A stretch of DNA of 16,595 nucleotides from positions 1 through 16,595 of the forward strand of contig JBDONT010000022.1 in assembly GCA_039831155.1 (NCBI GenBank), given 5' to 3'. Shown here piece after piece: positions 6,596 to 15,750 of this stretch; position 1 is the stretch's first letter, and every line of letters starts with the position of its first letter. This stretch comes from Nautiliaceae bacterium (GTDB taxonomy: Bacteria; Campylobacterota; Campylobacteria; Campylobacterales; Nautiliaceae). Under the pieces are notes generated by a model. It saw only the letters and a list, made by a program, of their open reading frames with translations. It was not told where the DNA came from and searched no databases. A program made the position numbers and the translations under genes.

Positions 6596-8422
6596 ATGAA
6601 TTACGGAATAGATATCTGGGGTGCCAATAACTTTTTTATAGAAAACGGCAAACTTAAAATAAACTACGGCAACCAACCGGCATTAATCGACATAATAGAA
6701 GAGATAGAAGAAAAAGGAATAAAAGGTCCTATTCTTCTTCGTTTTCCCCATCTTATAAGAAAACAGATAAACTCTCTTTACACATCCTTTCACAAAGCTA
6801 TTAAAGAGTTCGAATACAAAGGAAAGTTTCACGCCGTATTTCCACTAAAGGTAAATCAATTCCCGACTTTCGTAAAACCTCTTATAAAAATAGCCCAAAA
6901 ATACAATTACGGTCTTGAAGCCGGAAGTAAAGCGGAGCTTATTCTTGCTATGGCGTATAACAACAAACAAGCCCCAATTACCATAAACGGTTTTAAAGAC
7001 AAAGATATGATACGTTTAGCCTTTATAGCCGGGTTTATGGACTTTGACGTAACTATTACCATAGAAGGGCTAAACGAACTAAAATCTATTATAGAAGTAA
7101 GCAAAGAGTATAGAAAAATGCCTGTTAATATCGGAATAAGAATCCGTCTTCATACAAGTGGTGCCGGAATATGGGCGAAATCCGGTGGAATCGAATCTAA
7201 ATTCGGATTAAGTTCAACCGAAATTATAGAAGCTATGGAGATTTTAAAACAAGAAGGTATTTTAGAAAAACTTAAAATGATTCATTTTCACATAGGCAGT
7301 CAAATAAACGATATTTCCCCTCTTAAAAAAGCGATAAGAGAAGCCGGAAATATCTACGCAGATCTTAGAAAAATGGGTGCTAAAAACTTAAGTGCGATTA
7401 ATATAGGAGGAGGTCTTGCGATTGAATACTCTCAATGGGAAGAAAAAAGGGACAAAAACTACTCCATTGAAGAATTTAGTAACGACGTCGTATATCTTTT
7501 AAAAGAAATTTCAAACAAAAAGCAAGTCCCGATGCCGGATATTTTTACTGAAAGTGGCAGATTTATAGCAAGTCCATCTACTATTTTAATAGCACCGGTT
7601 ATCGAACTCTTTTCTCAAGAATACAGCGAAAAATCACTAAGACTTAAAAACAAAAATCCTGATTTAGTAGAAGAACTTATAGACCTATACGACACAATAA
7701 ACGACAATAACTACATAGAATACTTCCACGACGCATTTGACCATTTTGAGAGTCTTTTAACGCTTTTCGATTTAGGATATATAGACTTAACAGACAGAAG
7801 TAACAGTGAAATACTGGTTCATTTAATTATAAAAAAAGCCCTCTCTTTTGCTACGACCAAAGGATTTAAAAATAAAGAACTAAAATCAATTAACGAAAAA
7901 ATCCAGGAAAAATATCTTGCAAACTTTTCGATATTCCAAAGTCTTCCGGACTTTTGGGGACTTGGACAAAGATTTCCAGTAATGCCTATTACAAAGCTAA
8001 ACATTGCCCCAAACAGAAGTGCGACGATTTGGGATATTACGTGTGATAGTGACGGAGAAATTCCTTTTAACAAAGAAAATCCAATTTACCTACACGATGT
8101 TGATTTAACAAAAGAAAAATATTATTTAGCGTTTTTCCTTGTAGGAGCTTATCAAGAGATTTTGGGAATGAAACACAATTTATTTAGCTATACAAATGAA
8201 GCCATTATAAGCTTTGACGAAGACGGTAACCACAAAATAGATTTCCTAGAACCAACCCAAAAAATAAGAGAAATATTAATAGACCTTGATTACGATATAA
8301 ACGAAATAGAATGGAGGTTAAAAGAAAACATCGAAAAAAATATCAAACAAGAAGAAGAACAAAAAGAGATTTTAGGGGAACTTTTACTTTTACTTAACGA
8401 TATGGTCTATCTTAAAGACTAG
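6596..8422 (+). CDS. speA: Biosynthetic arginine decarboxylase
   Basis: FPLKVNQ (PLP lysine), GLEAGSKAEL, HFHIGSQ, GGGL, ESGR, FQSLPDFWG and TCDSDG motifs. Confidence 0.97.
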   Translation: MNYGIDIWGANNFFIENGKLKINYGNQPALIDIIEEIEEKGIKGPILLRFPHLIRKQINSLYTSFHKAIKEFEYKGKFHAVFPLKVNQFPTFVKPLIKIAQKYNYGLEAGSKAELILAMAYNNKQAPITINGFKDKDMIRLAFIAGFMDFDVTITIEGLNELKSIIEVSKEYRKMPVNIGIRIRLHTSGAGIWAKSGGIESKFGLSSTEIIEAMEILKQEGILEKLKMIHFHIGSQINDISPLKKAIREAGNIYADLRKMGAKNLSAINIGGGLAIEYSQWEEKRDKNYSIEEFSNDVVYLLKEISNKKQVPMPDIFTESGRFIASPSTILIAPVIELFSQEYSEKSLRLKNKNPDLVEELIDLYDTINDNNYIEYFHDAFDHFESLLTLFDLGYIDLTDRSNSEILVHLIIKKALSFATTKGFKNKELKSINEKIQEKYLANFSIFQSLPDFWGLGQRFPVMPITKLNIAPNRSATIWDITCDSDGEIPFNKENPIYLHDVDLTKEKYYLAFFLVGAYQEILGMKHNLFSYTNEAIISFDEDGNHKIDFLEPTQKIREILIDLDYDINEIEWRLKENIEKNIKQEEEQKEILGELLLLLNDMVYLKD

Positions 8423-8945
8423 TGGAAGTAGGGTCACTATTTGGGACCATATCCTCTCTTTTTATTAAATTATCCACTTTTAAAATAGTAATAATTCTCC
8501 CGTCATCCATTCTACCCACTCCCTCAATTATATCCTCTTCGTTTGAATAGGTATCGGGAGGTGGCAAAATGTTTTTTTTCTCAATTCTAAGAGCGGATGT
8601 TAACGTGTCTATAATAAACGCCACATCTTCATTTTTAATTTTCATTACTATAAATCTTGTATTTTCATCTATATCGTTAGCAGAAGTACCAAACTTAATT
8701 CTTAAATCAATAAGAGGCAGTACATTTCCTCTTAAGTTAAACACTCCTAAAACATAATCAGGAGTAAAAGGAACCCTTGTCCATTCAATAGGTTTAATAA
8801 TCTCTCGAATAGAGAGAATTGGAACTGCAAACTCCTCTTCTCCTACTATAAAACCTACAAGCTGAACCACCTCTTCAGATACGTTTTCTTTCGGTTCTGT
8901 TAAAGCTTGTTGCTGTTTTTTTACAATTTCATTTAAACTACCCAT
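8412..8945 (-). CDS. cheW: Chemotaxis coupling protein CheW
   Basis: TRVPFTPDYVLGVFNLRGNVLPLIDLR. Directly downstream of cheA. Confidence 0.95.
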   Translation of the reverse strand: MGSLNEIVKKQQQALTEPKENVSEEVVQLVGFIVGEEEFAVPILSIREIIKPIEWTRVPFTPDYVLGVFNLRGNVLPLIDLRIKFGTSANDIDENTRFIVMKIKNEDVAFIIDTLTSALRIEKKNILPPPDTYSNEEDIIEGVGRMDDGRIITILKVDNLIKREDMVPNSDPTSTSL

Positions 8946-8954
8946 TTCCTACCT

Positions 8955-11405
8955 TTATAATCCTAAATTTCTTTTAACCACATTTTGCAAATACTCTTTT
9001 GTGTAAGGTTTTGTAATATATTCATTCATTCCAACTTCAACACCTCTTACCCTATCAGACTTAGTAGCCCTACTTGTAACGGCAATTAAAGGAAGTTTTC
9101 TGTATCTATTGTATTTTCTAATCTCTTGAGCCAGCGTATATCCGTCCATTCTAGGCATTTCTATATCAATAAGCATAGCATCTACATCGTTATTTTTTAA
9201 AAGTTGAAGAGCTTCAACTCCGTCTTTTGCTTCTATCAAATTAACTCCCAATTTTTCCAAAGCCCCTCTCATTATTTTTCTATCCATTGCCGAATCGTCA
9301 ACAAGCATTACCGTATAATCACTAGGTTTTTCTTTTTTCTTTTTAGCTTCGTTTAAAGAATCGGTAACTATTTTTCTATTATGAGTCTCTTTTGCAAGTT
9401 TCATTAAAGTACCTACATCAACTATAAGAGTAACTCTACCGTCTCCTCTGATAGTAGCCCCGGCAATTCCCGGAAGTCCTTTTAAAAATTCACCCAAAGA
9501 TTTAATAACTATCTCTTCTTGTCCTATAAATCTATCAACAATAAGACCTATTTTCGTAGCACCAAGTCCTAGAATAACTACATAAAGGTATTTTTCCGGC
9601 TCAAGAACTTTTTCTATTTCAAAAATATCAGCCATATTTACAAGAGGAAGCACCTCTTCACGTAATTTAAGAACGCTTTTACCCTCTATCATATAAATAT
9701 CTTCCTCTACGATTCTTACCGTTTCAATTACGTTTGATAAAGGCACCGCGAATAAATCTTCTTGACTAGCTACAAGCAACGCTTGAATAATAGCAAGAGT
9801 TAGAGGAATTTTTAATTTAAAAGTCGTTCCTTTATCCGGTACCGATTCTACCTCTATAATTCCGTTTAATTTTTCAATGTTTGTCTTAACAACATCCATT
9901 CCAACCCCACGCCCGGAAACACTTGTAACCTTAGCGGCTGTAGAAAATCCGGGTTTAAAAATAAGCATAAACGCTTCTTTATCGCTCATATTCGCAGCTT
10001 CACTTTCTGTAATAATTCCCTTTTCAATTGCTTTTCTTTTCAAAAATTCCGGATCCATTCCACGACCATCGTCTTTAATCTCAATTACAATCATATTTCC
10101 TTCATTGTAAGCCCTGAGCCATACGGTTCCTTCCTCCGGTTTTCCTTTTGCTTTTCTCTCTTCCGGAGGCTCTATTCCGTGGTCAATAGAGTTTCTAATC
10201 ATATGAACAAGAGGATCTCCGATTTCTTCGATAATAGATTTATCAAGTTCCGTATCTTCCCCTTCAATTATCAGTTTAACTTTTTTACCAAGTTCACGTG
10301 AAAGGTCTCTTACTAATCTTGGGAATTTATTAAACACTTTACCGATTGGAAGCATCCTTGTTTTCATAACGGCAATTTGTAAATCCGTAGTAACGATTGA
10401 AATACTAGATACAACCTGATTAAGCTCTTCTAAGAATTTTTCCCCCTCATATCTCTCTTCCACATCGTTATATATTTTAATAAGTCTGTTTTTAGCAAGA
10501 ACAAGCTCTCCTATTAAATTCATTAGCTGATCAAGTCTTTTTACATCAACCCTAATTGTCTGTTCAGCTACAGAAGATATAGCTTTTTTAACTTCTTTTT
10601 TCTTCTGTTCTTGTGTAAGGGCTTGTTTTTTAGGAGCTACTTCTTTTTTTTCTTCTTTATTTTTTTCATTTTGCTCTTTTGAACTTTCAGATGATTTATC
10701 TTCTTCGTTTCTAAGCTCAACCAAATGCTCCAGCACTGCATCTGCTTCTTCCGGAGTTAATGAATCAAAATCAATCTCATCTGCGTTTTCAAGCGTAATT
10801 TCGTCTAAATTTATATTTCCTACTTTCTTAGGAGCACTGTTCCTAAGTTCCACTAAATGTTCAAGTACCGCGTCAAGTTCTTCCGGACTTAGTGAATCTA
10901 AATCAATCTCATCCGCATTTTCAAGGGTAATTTCATCTAAATTTATATTTCCTACGATTCTTGGTTTTTCTTCTTTTTTTTCATTATTTTCATTTTCGTT
11001 TTTTTCTTGAGCACCGCCGTTTACAATAGCGTCAAGCTTAACCACTATAGGTTCTATATCAATATCCGGAGCAGAGTCATCTCCGTTATCACGGATATAC
11101 TCTAAAATTCCTTTCATAGCGTCTATAGACTCTAAAATAACGTCCATAATTTCAGGAGTAATGGTCAGTTCACCTTTTCTTGCTTTATCAAGTACCGCTT
11201 CCATATGATGAGTAAGACGAGTTAATTTATCAAAATTCAAAAAACTCCCGCTACCTTTAATAGTATGAGCGACCCTAAATATTTTATTTAATAAATCCAA
11301 ATCATCCGGGTTGTTTTCAAGTTCAATCAAATCCTGGTCCATCTCCTCAATCATCTCAAACGCTTCTACTAAGAAGTCTTCTAATAACTCTTGAATTTCA
11401 TCCAT
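8955..11405 (-). CDS. cheA: Chemotaxis histidine kinase CheA with C-terminal receiver domain (CheAY)
   Basis: Hpt FRVAHTIKG, dimerisation IRVDVKRLD, HATPase RNSIDHG/DDGRG/SGRGVGMDVV, CheW-like domain and receiver DIEMPRMDG. Confidence 0.97.
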   Translation of the reverse strand: MDEIQELLEDFLVEAFEMIEEMDQDLIELENNPDDLDLLNKIFRVAHTIKGSGSFLNFDKLTRLTHHMEAVLDKARKGELTITPEIMDVILESIDAMKGILEYIRDNGDDSAPDIDIEPIVVKLDAIVNGGAQEKNENENNEKKEEKPRIVGNINLDEITLENADEIDLDSLSPEELDAVLEHLVELRNSAPKKVGNINLDEITLENADEIDFDSLTPEEADAVLEHLVELRNEEDKSSESSKEQNEKNKEEKKEVAPKKQALTQEQKKKEVKKAISSVAEQTIRVDVKRLDQLMNLIGELVLAKNRLIKIYNDVEERYEGEKFLEELNQVVSSISIVTTDLQIAVMKTRMLPIGKVFNKFPRLVRDLSRELGKKVKLIIEGEDTELDKSIIEEIGDPLVHMIRNSIDHGIEPPEERKAKGKPEEGTVWLRAYNEGNMIVIEIKDDGRGMDPEFLKRKAIEKGIITESEAANMSDKEAFMLIFKPGFSTAAKVTSVSGRGVGMDVVKTNIEKLNGIIEVESVPDKGTTFKLKIPLTLAIIQALLVASQEDLFAVPLSNVIETVRIVEEDIYMIEGKSVLKLREEVLPLVNMADIFEIEKVLEPEKYLYVVILGLGATKIGLIVDRFIGQEEIVIKSLGEFLKGLPGIAGATIRGDGRVTLIVDVGTLMKLAKETHNRKIVTDSLNEAKKKKEKPSDYTVMLVDDSAMDRKIMRGALEKLGVNLIEAKDGVEALQLLKNNDVDAMLIDIEMPRMDGYTLAQEIRKYNRYRKLPLIAVTSRATKSDRVRGVEVGMNEYITKPYTKEYLQNVVKRNLGL
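10707..10955 (-). repeat. Direct repeat inside cheA: two 117-nt (39-aa) copies at 10839-10955 and 10707-10823
   Basis: VGNINLDEITLENADEID(L/F)DSL(S/T)PEE(L/A)DAVLEHLVELRN, 36/39 aa identical, 132-nt period. Confidence 0.97.
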
Positions 11406-11424
11406 AGCCTACCTTTTTTAGAGA

Positions 11425-12378
11425 TTACTGTTTTTGATTATGTAAAATGTCTGCAATTTGTTGATAAAATTTAGCCGAATCGAATTTAACCAAATACCCT
11501 TCGGCTCCAACCGCTTTACCTCTTATATCGCTAAACGCATCAGAAATTGAAGAACTAAATACAAGAGGCATATCTTTAAATCTAGGGTCTGCGTGAATTT
11601 TTGCCGCCATATGATAACCGTCCATTTTAGGCATTTCTATATCACTTAAAATTAATTTCAATTTATCTTTTAATTTATCTCCGCCGTATACCGCATAAAG
11701 CTCTTCAAGTTTTTGAAGTCCCTCTTCTCCGTTTGTAGCTTCTATTACCTCAAAGCCCATTTTTTCCAAAGCTTCTCTTTCTATCCTTCTAGCGGTCGCA
11801 CTATCATCAACTAAAAGTACCATCCCGCTAAATTTTTCTATTGAATTAATATCAACTTCTTCCAAATTAGCCTCAAAAAGCCCCATTTCTTCAACAATAC
11901 TCTCAAGGTCTAAAATTAAAAGAATTTCACCGTTTTCTATTCTCGTAATACCGGTAATTTTACTTCTATCAAGCTTTCCTTGTCCGACTCCGAATTGGGC
12001 AGGTTCTATATCAGCCCACGAAATTCTTCTGATTCTTTTTGCGTCGTGAACTATAAAGCCTATTAAAATATTATTAAATTCGGTAATAATTACCCTTTTT
12101 TTAATAGGAGCTTCATCCTCGCTAGGTACGTTTATTCCCATCCATTTAGCCAAATCAACAACCGGTACAACCACACCTCTTAAATCGAAAATACCCTCTA
12201 TATAATCTTCACTTCCCGGTAATTCCGTAAGTTCTGGCATTTTGATAATTTCCCTAACTTTTGCAACGTTTATCCCGTATACACCTTCATAAATACTTCC
12301 GTCCGGTTCTTTTTTGTATAATCTAAAATCCACAAGCTCAAGCTCGTTTGAGCCGACTTTTAACGTTTTATCGTCCAT
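11425..12378 (-). CDS. cheV: Chemotaxis protein CheV (CheW plus receiver)
   Basis: YGINVAKVREII, DLRGVVVPVVDL and receiver motifs VDDS / SDIEMPKMDG. Confidence 0.95.
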   Translation of the reverse strand: MDDKTLKVGSNELELVDFRLYKKEPDGSIYEGVYGINVAKVREIIKMPELTELPGSEDYIEGIFDLRGVVVPVVDLAKWMGINVPSEDEAPIKKRVIITEFNNILIGFIVHDAKRIRRISWADIEPAQFGVGQGKLDRSKITGITRIENGEILLILDLESIVEEMGLFEANLEEVDINSIEKFSGMVLLVDDSATARRIEREALEKMGFEVIEATNGEEGLQKLEELYAVYGGDKLKDKLKLILSDIEMPKMDGYHMAAKIHADPRFKDMPLVFSSSISDAFSDIRGKAVGAEGYLVKFDSAKFYQQIADILHNQKQ

Positions 12379-13042
12379 CTACTTCCTTTAAGGAGTTTTT
12401 TGTAAATTTCATATATTTACCCTCGCAATAATATGATGGCAAATTTATGTAATTTTCTATTTTTTCATTCTGATGGTAATGACCTTCGATAATTATATCA
12501 TAATCGTATAATTTTAACTTTTTTTTAACGATTTTTTGGAAATTTTTTATTTTTGTACACTTAATTGATTTTTTAAGTAACTTTTTAAAAAGCCAGGAGT
12601 TTAAAAAATTGAAACTTACAATATGACATAAATCTTCCACTACTCTGTTTCGAATAATTTTAGAATAAATCATATAGCTTTTATCATCATCCGTTAAATC
12701 TCCGTGAGTTAAAAAAATACTTTTTTCTTTATCCACAAAAGCATCTGCAAAAATTATATTTGGAAAAATAGAATTTATATTAAAATCGTGATTTCCGGGA
12801 GTATAATAAATAGAAGTTTTTTTGCTTAAAAGATTTATTTTATCAATCGCTTCTTTATTATAAGAAATAAGATAATCAAAAGGCAAAAGAAGATGAAAAA
12901 TATCCCCAAGCAAAAACACTTGAGGTGGGGGATCTTTTATCCAACTATCAAGTAAATCCAAAAACTCTTTATCACCTTTTTTATAATGAACATCTGCAAT
13001 AAAAACACTACCCTCTTTTACTCTAACGTCTCTATGGAACAT
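12368..13042 (-). CDS. lpxH: Calcineurin-like metallophosphoesterase, probable UDP-2,3-diacylglucosamine hydrolase
   Basis: DVH, LGDIF, GNHD, HGD and GHYH motifs. Position upstream of cheV as in Campylobacter/Helicobacter. Start uncertain (ATG at 13042 chosen). Confidence 0.72.
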   Translation of the reverse strand: MFHRDVRVKEGSVFIADVHYKKGDKEFLDLLDSWIKDPPPQVFLLGDIFHLLLPFDYLISYNKEAIDKINLLSKKTSIYYTPGNHDFNINSIFPNIIFADAFVDKEKSIFLTHGDLTDDDKSYMIYSKIIRNRVVEDLCHIVSFNFLNSWLFKKLLKKSIKCTKIKNFQKIVKKKLKLYDYDIIIEGHYHQNEKIENYINLPSYYCEGKYMKFTKNSLKEVDGR

Positions 13043-14006
13043 ACGCAACTTTAGGAAGAGCTAAGCCTTCATCAAATCCAAACATCATATTAGCGTTTGC
13101 CACTGCCTGGCTTGAAGCTCCTCTTAATAAGTTATCAATTACACTGTTTATAAAAAGCATATTTTTGTTTTTCATAGCAAAAATATCACAAAAATGAGTT
13201 CCCGAAACATTTTTAATTTCTACCGGTTTTTCACTAACTCTTATAAATTTTTCGTCTTTATAAACTATATTTAAAACTTCAAGCGGGTCGATATCTTTTT
13301 TTAATTTTGCATAAATACTCACTTGCATTCCTCTTGTAATTGGAAGAAGTTGTGGTACAAAAGTAACTTCAATACCCGTTTTTTCTTTAATTTCAATAGA
13401 GTGGCGATGCTTTATAGGATTATAAGCAAAAAAGTTTTCATTATCTTTTACAAAATGAGTACTCTCTTTTAAGCCCTTTCCAGCTCCACTAACCCCACTT
13501 TTTGCATCGATAAAAACTCCATCTTCAATATACTCTATAAAAGGATAAAGCCCAAGGATAGATGCTGTAGGATAACACCCGGGATTTGCAACTAAAGAGC
13601 TTTTTTTTATGTAATCTCTAAAAATTTCAGGAAGTCCATAAGCTGCGTTTTCAATATTCTTAGGGTCTATATGAGGACAGTAATAATTTTCGTAGTTATT
13701 TTGTTTTAGTCTATAATCAGCAGAAAAATCAACTATTTTCGTATGTCCGTAAAGCTCTTTTACTATACTCATAGCCGTCTTATGTGGCACTGCAAGAAAT
13801 ACCAAATCAAACTTTTTTAATTTTTCAATATCGTTTTTTTGAATTTTAGCTTCAAATACACCTTTTAAGGCAGGATAAATATCCTCAATTCTTCTCTCTT
13901 CGCTTCCAAAAAGAGATTCTATTTTAAAATGAGGGTGATTTAAAAGAATTTTAATAAGCTCAAGCCCGGTATAACCACTCGCTCCTACAATTGCCGTTTT
14001 TATCAT
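13032..14006 (-). CDS. argC: N-acetyl-gamma-glutamyl-phosphate reductase
   Basis: GASGYTG, ANPGCYPT, SGVSGAG and IDNLLRGAS motifs. Start moved to the ATG at 14006, just after the dut stop. Confidence 0.96.
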   Translation of the reverse strand: MIKTAIVGASGYTGLELIKILLNHPHFKIESLFGSEERRIEDIYPALKGVFEAKIQKNDIEKLKKFDLVFLAVPHKTAMSIVKELYGHTKIVDFSADYRLKQNNYENYYCPHIDPKNIENAAYGLPEIFRDYIKKSSLVANPGCYPTASILGLYPFIEYIEDGVFIDAKSGVSGAGKGLKESTHFVKDNENFFAYNPIKHRHSIEIKEKTGIEVTFVPQLLPITRGMQVSIYAKLKKDIDPLEVLNIVYKDEKFIRVSEKPVEIKNVSGTHFCDIFAMKNKNMLFINSVIDNLLRGASSQAVANANMMFGFDEGLALPKVAYVP

Positions 14007-14007
14007 C

Positions 14008-14436
14008 CTAAACCCCCGTACTTCCAAAACCACCACTTCCACGTTCAGTGGAACTTAGTTCATCAACTTCTAAGATTTTAGCTTGAACAACCGGAGCTAT
14101 TACTGCTTGAGCTATTCTATCTCCTTTTTTAATTTCAAAATCTTTATCACCCAAATTAATAAGCAATACCTTTATCTCTCCTCTATAATCGCTATCAATA
14201 GTACCCGGAGAATTTAAAACACTTACTCCATGTTTAAAAGCAAGACCACTTCTTGGACGTATTTGTACCTCATATCCTTTTTCAATCTCAAAAGCAAGTC
14301 CCGTTGAGATTAATTTTCTCTCACCTTTTTTAATTACCACTTCATCAACTGAATGCAAGTCAAATCCGGCAGCTTCTTTTGTTTGGTATGATGGAATCAG
14401 AGCTTCTTGATTTAATTTTTTAATTTTTAGTTTCAT
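14008..14436 (-). CDS. dut: Trimeric dUTP diphosphatase
   Basis: [26 protein letters not shown] and [10 protein letters not shown] motifs. Confidence 0.97.
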   Translation of the reverse strand: MKLKIKKLNQEALIPSYQTKEAAGFDLHSVDEVVIKKGERKLISTGLAFEIEKGYEVQIRPRSGLAFKHGVSVLNSPGTIDSDYRGEIKVLLINLGDKDFEIKKGDRIAQAVIAPVVQAKILEVDELSSTERGSGGFGSTGV

Positions 14437-14648
14437 TTTAACAACTCACTTAATGTTTTTTCATCTACACCTAAAATATCTGCTACTTTTTCTTTATCGT
14501 TAAATGTCAAAATTAATTTATTTGCAATCTCTTTCATAGCCAAATATTTTCCCTCTTCAATACCTTTTTGAATACCTTTTTGAAACCCTTTTTCCATACC
14601 TATTTCATAACTTGGCAAATCTTCCCATTTTAAATGCTGAAGTCCCAT
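14433..14648 (-). CDS. Predicted nested in-frame small protein (RpnS-like antitoxin, 71 aa)
   Basis: AAGGAGG at 14654-14660, 5-nt spacer, then ATG at 14648 in frame at the start of the C-terminal repeat domain. Confidence 0.65.
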   Translation of the reverse strand: MGLQHLKWEDLPSYEIGMEKGFQKGIQKGIEEGKYLAMKEIANKLILTFNDKEKVADILGVDEKTLSELLK

Positions 14649-15233
14649 TTCTTCCTCCTTTACAACTTCTTTCAAATCCCTGCTCGTAGATAATTCCTCA
14701 AGCATCAACAGATATTTTTTAAAATCATTCTCATCTTTACTTAGATGATAAAGTCTCAAAAGAATATTTCTAATTACCTCTTTTGGATCTTTATCTTCAA
14801 AATCACATAAAATAGCCAATACCAAAGCTTCCGGTTTATCTATTTTCAAAAATCTATCACAAGGAATAGTTTTAGTATCTATAATCGTATACTCATAATT
14901 AAACGATTTAGTAAAAATTCCATTTTTCATATAGCTTTTTTGTTTACCTATATAAAGGACATACTGAAAAATATCATACTCTTTAAACCTTGAATATATC
15001 TCCAAAAAATATCTCGCCATTCTAATTGGCATATTATAGTCATTTGAGCTTTGAAACTCAATATGAATAATTTTGTCTTTAGACTTAACTAAAACATCAG
15101 TCTTTTTAGCCTCTATTTTCTCAAATTCTATATCTAAAAACTCAAAATCATCAATCTCCAAACCTATAAAGTATTTAAGTAAATCTTTTATAGTCTCTTT
15201 TGTAATGTTCTTTAAAATCGTATCTTTTTTCAT
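14433..15233 (-). CDS. Rpn/YhgA-like PD-(D/E)XK nuclease family protein
   Basis: N-terminal KKD..LK, TDVLV...HIEFQS (D..ExQ), MPIRM..Y, C-terminal G.EKG/G.QKG tetrapeptide repeats and HTH-like tail. Confidence 0.85.
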   Translation of the reverse strand: MKKDTILKNITKETIKDLLKYFIGLEIDDFEFLDIEFEKIEAKKTDVLVKSKDKIIHIEFQSSNDYNMPIRMARYFLEIYSRFKEYDIFQYVLYIGKQKSYMKNGIFTKSFNYEYTIIDTKTIPCDRFLKIDKPEALVLAILCDFEDKDPKEVIRNILLRLYHLSKDENDFKKYLLMLEELSTSRDLKEVVKEEEMGLQHLKWEDLPSYEIGMEKGFQKGIQKGIEEGKYLAMKEIANKLILTFNDKEKVADILGVDEKTLSELLK

Positions 15234-15721
15234 TATGAAAAACAGATATCTTCATAACAGATTTTATCTATTTCATAAACTTTAACACTACCGGGAAGCT
15301 TAACCTCAACCTCATCTCCAACCTCTTTACCAATTAAAGCCTTTGCAAGAGGTGAGTGGTATGAGATTAGACCTTTATCCGGATTTGCTTCCGGTGCTCC
15401 AACAATTGTATATTTTTCCTCTTCATCCGTATCTACGTCAACTAAATAAACCGTACTACCAAATGCCACTCTGTTATGTGCGTGTTCTTTTGGGTCAACT
15501 ACAACTGCTCTAGATAAAATATCGCTAAGTTCGGCTATTCTTCTTTCTATGTGAGCCTGTTTTTCTTTTGCGGCGTGATATTCTGCGTTTTCTTTTAAAT
15601 CCCCAAGCTCCCTTGCCGCGTCAATCTCTTTTGCAACTTCCGGTCTCGCTACCGTTTTTAAATACTCAAGTTCTTTTGCCAGTTTCTCATAGCCATATTT
15701 TGTCATCGGTTCTTTATGCAT
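15233..15721 (-). CDS. greA: Transcription elongation factor GreA
   Basis: GDLKENAEYHAAKE, V.FGSTV and ISYHSPLAKALIGK motifs. Confidence 0.97.
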   Translation of the reverse strand: MHKEPMTKYGYEKLAKELEYLKTVARPEVAKEIDAARELGDLKENAEYHAAKEKQAHIERRIAELSDILSRAVVVDPKEHAHNRVAFGSTVYLVDVDTDEEEKYTIVGAPEANPDKGLISYHSPLAKALIGKEVGDEVEVKLPGSVKVYEIDKICYEDICFS

Positions 15722-15741
15722 TCTTATCCTTTTTTAATTTA

Positions 15742-15750
15742 ATTATAACA
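15742..15750 (-). promoter_or_regulatory. Extended -10 promoter (TGtTATAAT) upstream of greA, overlapping the lpxB stop codon
   Basis: Perfect TGnTATAAT followed by an AAGGA SD and the greA ATG. Confidence 0.65.

Noticed and set aside
10707-10955. CheA repeat as a CRISPR-like repeat or assembly artefact
   Set aside because: In frame, with many synonymous differences, so it is a real protein-level duplication.
14007-14042. Longer N-terminus for argC given by the ORF track
   Set aside because: It overlaps the dut 3' end. ArgC homology begins at the ATG at 14006.
14551-14600. 12-nt tandem repeats (AATACCTTTTTG) as an independent repeat element
   Set aside because: They encode the G.QK/G.EK tetrapeptides typical of Rpn C-termini.
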